A stretch of 45,642 bases of DNA. Source: an uncultured Verrucomicrobiae bacterium. Its GTDB lineage: Bacteria > Verrucomicrobiota > Verrucomicrobiia > Limisphaerales > JAFGQR01. The notes under the pieces are model-generated. The model made no database searches and was not told the DNA's origin. It saw nothing but the letters and a program-made list of their open reading frames with translations. A program made the translations under genes and the position numbers. Location of the stretch: positions 1 through 45,642 of the forward strand of contig CAWBHS010000048.1 in the NCBI GenBank assembly GCA_963788655.1, read 5' to 3'. This document shows, piece by piece, positions 9,801 through 19,061 of the stretch (position 1 is the stretch's first letter; the number at the start of each line of letters is the position of its first letter).

Positions 9801-10371
9801 TCTGATTATTTCGGACAAGGAATTTGTGAAACGTTTCCCCGGCGAGAGCGGCTATCGCACGTACCTCATCGATGCCCCGACCAATCAGGTGGCCGCCGTG
9901 TCGGCGACGTTGTCGCGCGCGTTGCAGGATGCGGGGATGGAACTCACGCCAGCCACGCAGCGGTTGGCTCAATTCAACGCCGTGCAAAACACCTACTTGA
10001 GCACGTTCCAGATCCTGGGCGGCCTCGGTTTGCTGCTGGGCAGCGCCGGATTGGGCGTGGTGGTGTTGCGCAACGTGCTCGAACGGCGCGGCGAACTGGC
10101 GCTCCTGCTGGCGGTCGGTTTTCGCCGCCGCACGCTGCGCCAATTAATCCTCGGCGAACACGGCGGTTTGCTCGTCCTCGGTTTGGGCCTTGGTATCGTG
10201 GCCGCCGTGGTGGCCATTCTGCCGCAATTGCTCGCCCCTGGCGCCGAAACCGATTACCTCGCCCTCGGAGTGACGCTGGTGGGTGTGCTGGCCAGCGGGT
10301 TGGTGTGGACGTGGTTGGCCACGCTGCTGGCGTTGCGCGGAAATTTGTTGGACGCGCTGAGAAATGAATGA
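6895..10371 (+). CDS. ABC transporter permease (FtsX/MacB type, duplicated)
   Basis: ATGA overlap with the ATPase. Two FtsX-like units (QRITEIGTLLALGF; ERRGELALLLAVGF) and many TM segments. Confidence 0.9.
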   Translation: MNFRTLILRSLRFHWRAHLGVVLGAVVGSAALIGALVVGDSVRESLRELALQRLGPYDLALAPLDRFFTEELADAVHPPNGWVANALRLSGTAALPDGSARANQINVIGVRSNFWPTSPTMPPTNIPPDGVLLNPVLAAQLNARVGDTVILRINKPSALSRDVPITPQSDASLALRRKVMGVASANHLGNFSLQANQVPPFNAFVNLKALAKEAGLADRANLLLIREGAAAQTGHTSAANASDATGVKEADQSLASALTLADLEVQLLYLTNPGALELQSSRIFIDPPVARAAESASTNATGVLTYLVNLFRAGTNTTPYSMVTAVGAPWTPPDMKVNEILVNQWLADDLHVKPGDTIALSYFLPESAARLVEATNQFIVRSIVPMAMPWADRTLMPEFPGLAKAESTHDWDAGFPLVYRIRDKDEAYWKQRRGTPKTFITLAAGQKLWSNRFGDLTAIRYSIPANAAGGPNASVNAAKVDAFRQTVAANILANLKPEAVGLRFVAVREQALNAASQSQDFGGLFIGFSFFLIIAALILMALLFQFGLEQRITEIGTLLALGFRPRQVRRLFLGEGVALAAVGGLLGMGVGLAYAWLMLRGLTTIWRDAVRTSALSFHVTPATLFIGAISSVVVSAFTIWLALRKQAKQPARQLLAGEIAEPKFKSKRRRLALWGAIASLAIALGLLGWTLSQGETGNAEVFFEAGSLLLLAGILFLVVWLRRLAGAGVADGGNGSPSTSAVAHARASSFTLSVLTMRALARRRSRSLAVVGLLACGSFLIAAIGAFQLNAHQDAWQRSSGTGGFALIGESALPVIRDLNTERGLEFYGLDKQDVSGVSFVPFRVRSGDNASCLNLNRAQNPQLLGVNLQLLAERHAFTFAKVAPGYSAEAGWTMLQQGSASLGSTDTASRDESGGPVTNEIPAIGDLNSILWAMHKQVGDTIDFVDENGQPFKVRLVGALANSILQGSLIISDKEFVKRFPGESGYRTYLIDAPTNQVAAVSATLSRALQDAGMELTPATQRLAQFNAVQNTYLSTFQILGGLGLLLGSAGLGVVVLRNVLERRGELALLLAVGFRRRTLRQLILGEHGGLLVLGLGLGIVAAVVAILPQLLAPGAETDYLALGVTLVGVLASGLVWTWLATLLALRGNLLDALRNE

Positions 10372-10398
10372 TTGCAAAACACGCATTGGAAAATTGCC

Positions 10399-11349
10399 AT
10401 GAAGAAGAACCGAATCGAACTGAGGCGTCGTGACTTTTTGAAGTGCAGTCTGGCCGCGACCGTGTTGCCGTTGGCCACGCATTTGCACGCAGCGGCGGCG
10501 GTGGCTGGCGCGGAAGGGCTCAGCACTTATCAACTAGGACCGCGAATCTGGGTGCGATGGAACAACCGCGCCCTGACCTGTTACCGGGCGCATCGGTCGC
10601 AGAAATATCCGTACATGTATCCGCTGGCCGGACCCGTAACCGGTTTGCCGCTCACCACCGAAACCTCACTGCCCTACCCGCACCATCGCTCGCTATTCTT
10701 CGGATGCGACCGCGTCAACGGCGGCAATTACTGGCAGGAGGACTATGCCCGTGGGCAAATCCTGTCCGCCGGACCCCGCTTGGGCAAAACTACGAAAGAC
10801 TCGGTGGAGATTCTCGATCAGTGCGTCTGGCAGCAGCCGGGCAAAGAGCCAGTCATGAAAGACCAGCGCCGCGTCACGGTAACGGTGGCCAACGAGAAAC
10901 TGCACTTTGTCGATTGGGAAATCGAATGGTCGGCGGTTGCGGACGTGCAAATCCAGAAAACCAACCATTCGCTGTTCTCGCTACGGGCCGCCAGCGATCT
11001 CACACCGAACGGCGGCGGAACGTTGCTCAACGCCGTCGGTCAATCCGGCGAAAAGGCGACCTTCGGCAAACCGGCGGCCTGGTGTGGTTTTTCGGGCAAG
11101 CGCGAACGGATTGGTGGCGACATTGTTGAAGGTATCGCGATTCTCGACCACCCGAAGAATCCCTGGTCGCCGTGTCCATGGTTCACCCGCGACTACGGTT
11201 TCCTCTCGCCCACGCCGTTGAACTTCCTCCCCCAGCCCATGGAATGGCCCGCCGGCAAATCCGTAACCTTGCGCTACCGCGTCGTTTTGCACGCCGGCGA
11301 TGCCCACGAAGCCGGCTTGGATACGATCCATCGTCAGTGGGCGGCTTGA
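10399..11349 (+). CDS. Tat-exported PmoA/DUF6807-like protein
   Basis: RRRDFLK signal; KYPYMYPL, PHHRSLFF and ILDHPKNP...WFTRDYG motifs. Confidence 0.7.
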   Translation: MKKNRIELRRRDFLKCSLAATVLPLATHLHAAAAVAGAEGLSTYQLGPRIWVRWNNRALTCYRAHRSQKYPYMYPLAGPVTGLPLTTETSLPYPHHRSLFFGCDRVNGGNYWQEDYARGQILSAGPRLGKTTKDSVEILDQCVWQQPGKEPVMKDQRRVTVTVANEKLHFVDWEIEWSAVADVQIQKTNHSLFSLRAASDLTPNGGGTLLNAVGQSGEKATFGKPAAWCGFSGKRERIGGDIVEGIAILDHPKNPWSPCPWFTRDYGFLSPTPLNFLPQPMEWPAGKSVTLRYRVVLHAGDAHEAGLDTIHRQWAA

Positions 11350-11360
11350 GTGAAACAAAA

Positions 11361-11437
11361 TGGTCGGAGCGACAGGATTTGAACCTGCAACGTCTTGGTC
11401 CCAAACCAAGTGCTCTACCAAGCTGAGCTACGCTCCG
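11361..11437 (-). tRNA. tRNA-Pro (anticodon TGG)
   Basis: Minus strand CGGAGCGTAGCTCAGCTTGGTAGAGC...CTTGG-TTTGGGA-CCAAG...GGTTCAAATCC...CTCCGACCA. Confidence 0.97.
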
Positions 11438-11565
11438 ATCACCGGTGGCTGCATCATTCCCTGAACCCGTCTGGAGTGCAATGATTATTCTGGGTCTTCG
11501 CCTTGGGCGGATGCGGCGCAGCAAGTGAAGTTTACTCCCGTGCGTTTCTATGCCATAAACGGGTC

Positions 11566-12613
11566 ATGGACACGCTGAGACTAATAAAGCGGAAACCGGC
11601 AAGCCCGGCCCGGTGGCGCGGCCCGGTCGTCGCCTTTCTTGCGCTGGGGATGACCGGCGCTGCCTTCGCGGTTGTTCCGGAATTCACCATGGACGATGGG
11701 GCGGTCCACATCAAAGGCGTCGGCCCCGGCAACCCGATCATCTACGATAACGACTGGTGGTTCAACGTCTTCGACAACAACTACCTTTGGGCTCAGGCCA
11801 GCCTGGGGAAAGTAAACTTGCGCGGCAACATCGTGAGCCGCGACATGTGGAATTGGGACCAGGGCTATCTGTATCCGATGCAACGCTGCCTCGATGACGC
11901 GGCGAAGGCGCTGGATCTCGCCCGCCGCAGCGGACTTCGCCATCTTCCGGATATGACCCGGGGGTGCGGACCAGGTTCTGCGCCCGCCTCCAAGCGGTAA
12001 GCTCGAAGACACTCAGCCGCAGTCCTCACCCGGCGCCCGGCTCATCATTGATGAAGCCCACCAGGCCTCGAAGGAAAAACCCCTGCTCATCATCTCCGGT
12101 GGTCCGCTCACCACCGTGGCCAATGCCCTGCTACTCGCCCCGGATATTGCGTCCAACCTCGTCGTGTTCAACATTCTCGTCAGCCACTACGGTTACAATG
12201 GCAAGGACGGCTGGGCCGGTTACCTCGTCGCCAAAAAGGCGCGCTATGTGGATTGGGGCGGGCGGGGGCGAGGCAACGGATTTTGGGAGCGGAATTCGGT
12301 ATTCGTCGCGAAGGATTTCGAATCGCTGCCGAAGAATCCTTTTTGTAATGACCTGCGCCGGCTGATCAAATCCAATCTTGGCCAAGCCAACCAATTGGGC
12401 GATGGCGCGCCGCTCGTGTGGCTCTTCAATCCTCAATGTTGGACCAGTGCGCAAGTTGATCGCGCTGATTTTCGGGGCCAAGCCGTCGAGTTCAGCCCGG
12501 TCAAGCCCGGCGAACGGGGCGACGTGCTGGTTACTCCCAAAGCCGCCACAGACTTGAAGCGCTGCCATGACGAATTCTTCCGGGTGCTGCGGAACCCGGC
12601 GGTGTACGAATAG
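11566..12613 (+). CDS. Exported protein, possible nucleoside-hydrolase-like fold (frameshift in G-run near 11962)
   Basis: Signal-like N-terminus, IIYDND, then GGPLTTVANALLLAPDIA after the shift. Confidence 0.55.
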
Positions 12614-12658
12614 AATTGGCTCAAGCGCCCACGTTGCACGCCCTTCCATGCCTCCCGG

Positions 12659-13132
12659 CTAGCGGCGTGCCCCCACTCCGACCGCCGCCCGGGTGAAAAA
12701 GTTTGTTTGCCCTTTGGCGTCACCAGCGGCCACTTCGAGGACATATTTCACGTCGGGCAACAACGGCTGCGGCCGGCTCCGGGGAATGGCCGGTTTCATG
12801 TTCTTGACGCGGAAGCCGTAAATGAGGGACTTCATCGGCGGCGACCCCTTTTCCGAAATCATGTGCCACACGGGCGTCGGATACTTGTTGGTCTTCATGT
12901 CCTCCTCGACCAGCACTTTCACCTCCGTCAGCCGGTATTTGCCGTTGAAGGCAAAGGAAACCGGATACACCGGGGGCATGCCCGGGTCGCGCGGGATGGA
13001 CGACGCCTGACTGGGCCGTATGGTGGGAAAGATTTGAATAGTTTCTTTATGAAACCAGTCGGTGAAATAGGTGACGTAAATTGCGGCGAGTATCACCGCA
13101 ACCACGGATAGGAAAATCCCATTCTTTGTCAT
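12659..13132 (-). CDS. Hypothetical protein with N-terminal TM anchor
   Basis: MTKNGIFLSVVAVILAAIYV start; coherent ORF filling the gap. Confidence 0.7.
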   Translation of the reverse strand: MTKNGIFLSVVAVILAAIYVTYFTDWFHKETIQIFPTIRPSQASSIPRDPGMPPVYPVSFAFNGKYRLTEVKVLVEEDMKTNKYPTPVWHMISEKGSPPMKSLIYGFRVKNMKPAIPRSRPQPLLPDVKYVLEVAAGDAKGQTNFFTRAAVGVGARR

Positions 13133-13273
13133 AAGCAAGTGATCAGTGGACGCCAAAAGAGCCCGAGGTATTCGACGGGGTTCCGACCGGTTCGCGGAGG
13201 ATTGAAACCGCAAGCCACTCGGGCGGGTCTTTTTCGCCGACTGAATTAACCAATATCAACTTTCGTAACATCT

Positions 13274-14006
13274 ATGAGTACCTAATAGGACGCCCGAACG
13301 CGGCAAAAAGTTTCATTTAGCTTTTACGCTCATCGAACTTTTGGTGGTGATTGCCATCATTGCCATTCTGGCGGGCATGTTGTTGCCGGCGCTGGCCAAA
13401 GCCAAGGAAGCCGGCAAACGCATCGCCTGCATCAACAACCTTCACCAAATGGGCCTGGCGGCCAAGATGTTTGCCGACGACCACGACGAAAAATTTCCCA
13501 CGCGCATTGGGGGGAATACCGCCCCCGGTGCCTGGCCCACGGCCTTGCGGGAATATTACAAAGACCTAAAAATCCTTGTCTGCTCGAGTGACGGTATCAG
13601 GCCAAATACGCTAAGAGGTTCATTAGAAGCCGATTCCGCTGACCGCAGTTACTTGATCAACGGCTGGAACGACTATTTTGAAGATGTTTTAACCAATGTG
13701 TCGCTCAAGAATATCGGCCCGATCATTGGCCACGCCATGCCGGAGAGCGCCATCCGCAATCCCAGCGACACCATTTTATTCGGCGAAAAGCTCACCAGTT
13801 CAGCGCATTACTACATGGATTTGTTGGAAACGGATTGGGGCAATGACACCGACCAGGTCGAGCACGGGCGCCATTCCCATACCGGCCAAGGCAGCGGCGG
13901 GTCCGATTTTGCCTTCGTGGACGGACATGCCAGTTATCTCGCCTATATGAAGTCGGTGGTTCCGATCAATCTATGGGCCGTGACTGACCGTTGGCGAAAC
14001 AAGTGA
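13274..14006 (+). CDS. Prepilin-type N-terminal cleavage/methylation, H-X9-DG protein (start ATG one base out of frame)
   Basis: [48 protein letters not shown]. Confidence 0.9.
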
Positions 14007-14150
14007 AACGCCGTCCACCGTGCCGTAACAGGAAGTCACAACGCCTCAATTAACCAAGAACGGGATTGCTGAACAGCCACCCCGCGCTGTTTTCCAGATT
14101 TGGGCTGGATGAGCGGGATCGTGGCGCGACCGGCGGCCAGCCACCGCTCA

Positions 14151-15155
14151 TCACTTCAACAGCAATTCAGCAATTTGCACCGCATTTAGCGCCGCGCCCT
14201 TGAGCAATTGATCGCCGGCCACCCAGAAGCATAATCCGTTGTCGAGCGCGCAATCTTTGCGCACCCGGCCCACTTGGCAGTTATCCTTTTCGGCGGCATA
14301 CAGCGGCAGCGGATATTCTTTGGCTTCGGGATTATCCACCACGTCCAGGCCGGGCGCTTTTTTCAGCGCCGCCATGGCGGCTTCCACTGTGACGGGTTTT
14401 TCAAACTCGGCGCTCATGGCAATCGAATGCGCCCGATACACCGGCACGCGGACGCAGGTCACGCTCGCCCGAAAGTCCGGATGGTGCATGATCTTCCGGC
14501 CTTCGTTTTCCATCTTCATCTCTTCCTTGGTGTAGCCGTTGGGCAAAAAGGCATCGACGTGAGGCAGCACGTTGAACGCGATCTGGTGCGGATACACTTC
14601 CTTGGTCACCGGTTGGCCGGACACGATTTGGTTGACCTGTTGCTTCAATTCCGCGATCGCCTTGGCGCCGGTGCCGGATACCGCCTGGTAGCTGGACGCG
14701 AAGATGCGCTTCACCCCGAACGCTTGGTGCAGCGGATACAACGCCATGAGTGCGATGGCCGTCGTGCAATTGGGATTGGCAATGATACCCCGGTGCCGTT
14801 TCACATCCGAACCGTTGATTTCCGGCACCACCAGGGGCACCGTGTCATCCATTCGAAACGCGCTCGAATTGTCCACCACCACGCAACCGGCCTGGGCCGC
14901 GATTGGGGCAAATTCTTTGGAAATGCTACCGCCCGCACTGAACAGCGCGAAATCGATGCCGGCGAAGGACTCCGTTGTCAGCTCCTGAACGGTGATTTCC
15001 TTCCCGCGGAACGGAAGCGTCTTGCCGACGGAACGGGCCGACGCCAGCAACGTCAACTGGCTCAAGGGAAAGCTCCGTTTCTCGAGCGTCTTGATCATTT
15101 CGACGCCTACGGCTCCCGTGGCGCCGACCACTGCAACATGTGGACTTTGGTTCAT
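14151..15155 (-). CDS. asd: Aspartate-semialdehyde dehydrogenase
   Basis: VVGATGAVG, VDNSSAFRM, IIANPNCTT, TCVRVPV, GDQLLKGAALNAVQIAE. Confidence 0.97.
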   Translation of the reverse strand: MNQSPHVAVVGATGAVGVEMIKTLEKRSFPLSQLTLLASARSVGKTLPFRGKEITVQELTTESFAGIDFALFSAGGSISKEFAPIAAQAGCVVVDNSSAFRMDDTVPLVVPEINGSDVKRHRGIIANPNCTTAIALMALYPLHQAFGVKRIFASSYQAVSGTGAKAIAELKQQVNQIVSGQPVTKEVYPHQIAFNVLPHVDAFLPNGYTKEEMKMENEGRKIMHHPDFRASVTCVRVPVYRAHSIAMSAEFEKPVTVEAAMAALKKAPGLDVVDNPEAKEYPLPLYAAEKDNCQVGRVRKDCALDNGLCFWVAGDQLLKGAALNAVQIAELLLK

Positions 15156-15242
15156 AAAAGGTGTTGAACTATAATGATTGACGCGCCTCTGTCAAATCGC
15201 TCTGCCGCCAGCTACATGGGATGGCACGGACGCGCCAGCGTC

Positions 15243-15319
15243 TTGGACTGCGGCAGTCCTCTGCCGCTTTCGGACGCAGCATTGCACCTCAACCGCAACC
15301 GAGGACTGTCGTCCTCCAA
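15243..15319. repeat. REP-like inverted doublet
   Basis: TTGGACTGCGGCAGTCCTC ... GAGGACTGTCGTCCTCCAA in intergenic DNA. Confidence 0.55.
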
Positions 15320-15540
15320 AAACTGACGGCGCCCCGCTCGCTTGGGCCGTTGACAGGCCGGATTCGCTTTGCGCCAACGTACTGTCCGGTAGCCCACCGG
15401 AGCACTCTGCAATGAGGCCGCGGGTTGACTTCACCACAGCGACGACGGAGGATGCACTCATGGTCACGACTGTTCCCGGCGATCGCCTGAAGTAAGTTAC
15501 AAACGCCGCCGAGGGATGGCTTGAAGAAAGGCCGTTGTTT

Positions 15541-16266
15541 ATGCCCTATCGCGTTTTTAATGTGGACGAAGTCGCGCGTTATTTGCACCTGACGCGTGAC
15601 GACATTGACTTGCTCGTGAAGGATCACGAGATTCCGTTCCAGAAACGGGGGGACCGCATCGTGTTTAACCGGCAGGACATCGATGCCTGGGCGTCGCAGC
15701 GCATCCTTGGCCTGAAGGATCGCAAACTGACCGAATACCATACCCAGTCCATTCGTGGCACACGCGAGATATTCCCCAACGAAGCGATCATGCCTGAGAT
15801 GGTGCAACCTCGCTTCATTGATCCGGCGATTACGGCAAAAACCAAGGCCTCCGTGGTGCGGCACATTGTGTCGCTGGCTGAAAGCACCGGCCGGGTGAAC
15901 GATCCACGCGAACTCCTGACCAGCCTGGAGGAACGCGAGGAATTGTGTTCGACCGGACTGCCAGGTGGCCTGGCGTTGTTGCACCCCCGCCACCATCAGC
16001 CCTACATGTTCGAGTCCTCATTCATTGTGTTGGGGCGCACGCTTCAGGAAATCCACTTCGGAGCGCCGGATGGTCATTCCACGGATTTGTTTTTTCTGAT
16101 CTGCTGCCAGGATGACCGCATTCACCTGCACACGCTGGCACGGCTTTGTTTGATGGCGCAGAAGAGCGAGCTCTTGGCCGGGTTACGCCAAGCCTCCGAT
16201 GCGGCGGCGATTTACGATTGCATCATTGCGGCTGAAGAAGAGGTGCTGAAAGGCAGAAAGGGTTGA
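15541..16266 (+). CDS. Excisionase-type HTH fused to PTS EIIA (PtsN-like) domain
   Basis: VDEVARYLHL...EIPFQKRG HTH; EREELCSTGLPGGLALLHPR EIIA motif. Confidence 0.88.
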   Translation: MPYRVFNVDEVARYLHLTRDDIDLLVKDHEIPFQKRGDRIVFNRQDIDAWASQRILGLKDRKLTEYHTQSIRGTREIFPNEAIMPEMVQPRFIDPAITAKTKASVVRHIVSLAESTGRVNDPRELLTSLEEREELCSTGLPGGLALLHPRHHQPYMFESSFIVLGRTLQEIHFGAPDGHSTDLFFLICCQDDRIHLHTLARLCLMAQKSELLAGLRQASDAAAIYDCIIAAEEEVLKGRKG

Positions 16267-16339
16267 AGCGTCACAGCGTTTAAGAGTAGAAACGCGCGCT
16301 CGTCAACTCGGCGGCAATCGAGTCACCGGTAATTGTTGA

Positions 16340-17381
16340 TCAAAACCGGTTAATGACCGTAACCCCTGCCGTTTGAAACTCACCCATCGCTGCTAATTCG
16401 TTAACGGACTCGGCGAGCGTGACCGTCTTGCGCACCAAACGTTGCGGTTGCAGCGCTCCAGTCCGAATCATTTCCAGCAACGGGCCGTAAGCGTGGGCCT
16501 GCATGCCGTGGCTGCCGTAAATTTCCAGTTCGTTCGCAATCACTAAATCCATCGGCACTGCGGCGTCGCGGTGCTCGGCCAGCATCAAACCCACCTGCAC
16601 GTGCCGACCGCGTTTGCGCAGGCTGAGAATGGAGTTGCGGCACGTCGCGCGGCTGCCCAATGCGTCCAGGGAAACGTGCGCGCCGCCCTCGAGTGAGCTC
16701 CCGGAGCTTGAACAGGAAATTCGGCTCGTTCCGAACCTCGAGAACGTGCTCGGCACCGAGCGCTTGCGCGAGCCCCAACGCGTCTTCGGAAATGTCGATG
16801 CCGATGACGCGTGCCCCAAGTGCCCGCCCAATCATGATGGCGGCCAAGCCAACGCCGCCACAGCCGTGAACCGCCAGCCATTCGCCCGCCGCGAGCCGGG
16901 CTTGCGTGACCACCGCGCGAAAGGACGTCACAAACCGGCAGCCCAGACTGGCTGCCGCCACAAAGTCCAGTTCCTCCGCCAACCGGACCAGGTTCCCGTC
17001 CGCCCGGGGAATGGCTACAAACGGAGCAAACGAACCCCAGGCCGTGAAGCCCGGTTGAAACTGGTCGTCGCACAAGTGTTGGTTCCCGGCCTGGCATTGC
17101 GGGCAACGACCGCAAGCGACCACGAACGGCAGGGTCACGCGGTCGCCTGCCTCCCAGCGATGCACCTGGCGGCCGGTTGCCTCGATGACGCCCGCCATTT
17201 CGTGACCGGGCACGTGCGGGAGACGGACATCGGGATCGTGTCCCATCCAGGCGTGCCAATCACTGCGGCAAATGCCATTGGCCAGCACCCGAATGACCAC
17301 GCCATCCGGTGGCGGCTCTGGATCGGGCACCGTTTGCAGCGCCAGCGGCCCTTGGAATTGTTCGAAGATGACAGCGTTCAT
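16340..17381 (-). CDS. Zinc-dependent alcohol dehydrogenase family protein (frameshift near 16690)
   Basis: [29 protein letters not shown]-terminus is in ORF 16340..16831. Confidence 0.9.
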
Positions 17382-17593
17382 ATCGAGTCAGCAGCGTCGG
17401 AAAGATGAATGGATAAAACGCGAAGCTGTCAAGAAAGTCCGCTCGCGACGGTGCTACGCGGGTACGGTGCATTTGAGCGTTGCCCAGGTTAGCATTTATT
17501 TCGCCATTGTGCGACGGTGGCAAGCCCTTGGCACTCGGGCCTTGGGCCTTTATGCGTGTCCGTCGTTCCAAGCTGTCGGCACGCCGCTGACAA

Positions 17594-17743
17594 CGTGCTG
17601 CCGGCGTCTCGCCGGCAGAAACGAACGCACTGAAACGTCCGAACTTTTGCCACCACCCGAAGCCCAAGGTGCGCGCGCGAACGGCCTTGGCAAGTCGTAA
17701 CGCCTTCCTCCGTTCGAACTGTCGGCAGGATGCCGGCAGCACG
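17594..17743. repeat. REP-like inverted doublet
   Basis: CGTGCTGCCGGCGTCTCGCCGGCAG ... CTGTCGGCAGGATGCCGGCAGCACG. Confidence 0.65.
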
Positions 17744-17800
17744 CTGACCGGGCTGTATTCTCGGCTTGACGAGGTGGTTGGCCGGGCGTAGCAAAGCGCC

Positions 17801-18670
17801 ATGATTCACCTCGGACTGCACACGGATAATTGGAGGCCGCTGAGCGTGGGCTTTGAAGCCGCTTGCGAAAAGATCGCTGCCACCGGCCTGAAACACCTCG
17901 AATTCTGCGCCATTCACGGACAAAACTTCATCGCCGCGCTGGGCTACGATCCGGGCGTCAGCCTGCAATCCAGTCCCCGCGCCATTCGCCGGTTTCTGGA
18001 CAAGCTGAAGCTCAAGGTTTCCCAAATCGACGGCTCGTATCCGATGATGGGCCCCAACGGCTCCGCTTATGGCGTGCAATACGTCCTGCAATCCATACGC
18101 TTCGCCGCGGAGTTGGGTTGTCCCATGGTGGACACTGTGGATGGCGCGTTCGAGACGCCCGGCATGACGCGTAAGGAAGTGTTCCGCGTGACGTGTGATA
18201 ATTACCGGCAGTGCCTGTCGTGGGCTGAGGACTACAAAGTGGTGATCAACGTCGAGCCGCACGGTCCGTACACGAACGACCTCGATTTCATGGAGCGGCT
18301 GTTCAAGCATTTCGAGTCCGAGTATTTGCGCTGCAATTTCGACACCGGCAACACCTTCATCGCCGGGCACATTCCGCTCGCTTACCTCAAAGCCCTGCGC
18401 AAATACATTGTCCATTGCCACATTAAAGACGTGAGCGCCGACCTGGCCGCCGCCGTGCGCGGAGAAGAAACCGGCATTGGCAGCAGCATCGTGCCCGTGG
18501 GCGGCGGCGTGAATGCGGACAACATCCAAAACTGCCTGGATTATCTGAACCAGACCAAATGGGATGGTGTCGTCTCCATCGAGTGCCACGGTTCGGATGA
18601 AAATACCGACGCCAGCGTGCGCTGGATGAAAGCCGCGGTGAAAGGGAAGGGGAAGAAAGCTGGGCGTTGA
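17801..18670 (+). CDS. Sugar phosphate isomerase/epimerase (xylose isomerase-like TIM barrel)
   Basis: NVEPHG, NFDTGN, HCHIKD and SIECH metal-ligand pattern. Confidence 0.88.
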   Translation: MIHLGLHTDNWRPLSVGFEAACEKIAATGLKHLEFCAIHGQNFIAALGYDPGVSLQSSPRAIRRFLDKLKLKVSQIDGSYPMMGPNGSAYGVQYVLQSIRFAAELGCPMVDTVDGAFETPGMTRKEVFRVTCDNYRQCLSWAEDYKVVINVEPHGPYTNDLDFMERLFKHFESEYLRCNFDTGNTFIAGHIPLAYLKALRKYIVHCHIKDVSADLAAAVRGEETGIGSSIVPVGGGVNADNIQNCLDYLNQTKWDGVVSIECHGSDENTDASVRWMKAAVKGKGKKAGR

Positions 18671-18848
18671 TGGGTGAGGCCGGAACATCGAAGAGCGTGG
18701 CGTGGTGGAGTAGCTGGAGCGGGGGAAAGTTGAGGGATTAAAGTGGCGAAGCGGCTGATCATCTGCCCGTCTGGCGAAGGTATAGCGTGATGGCACAAAT
18801 ATTCTTAATCAGAATGGGCTTGGTTTTTCGGCCTTTGGGTTTTGTTTA

Positions 18849-19040
18849 GCCGTGACCATGCAGATGAACAGGGGAGCGCGCCCGCCCCGGGCGCTGTGGT
18901 TGGCGCCTCGCCAACCACTCTCAACATCAACAATAGCTCACGATTCAGTGACTGCTCAGTCGCCAGGCCAACCGGCTAGGGTGTCGGTTGGCAGCGCCCG
19001 AGGCGGGCGCGCTCCCGATACGCAATTGTATAACTACGGT
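18849..19040. mobile_element. 192-bp MITE-like element with related ends and a third cargo type
   Basis: Ends GCCGTGACCATGCA/TGTATAACTACGGT. Internal IR GGGAGCGCGCCCGCC...GGCGGGCGCGCTCCC. Left flank TTA, right flank TTT. Confidence 0.65.
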
Positions 19041-19061
19041 TTTTTCGCTTGGGAACGCAAC

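Noticed and set aside
10399..11349. Methane monooxygenase interpretation of the PmoA-like label
   Set aside because: Soluble Tat protein with no pmoB/C; the family name is misleading.
11361..11437. tRNA-Pro as an island integration site
   Set aside because: No integrase nearby, and I found no duplicated tRNA 3' end.
18852..19061. N-terminal extension of the C25 ORF (similarly 25127..25417 of the HzsA-like ORF)
   Set aside because: These are translations of repeat elements; the signal peptides start at 19062 and 25126.
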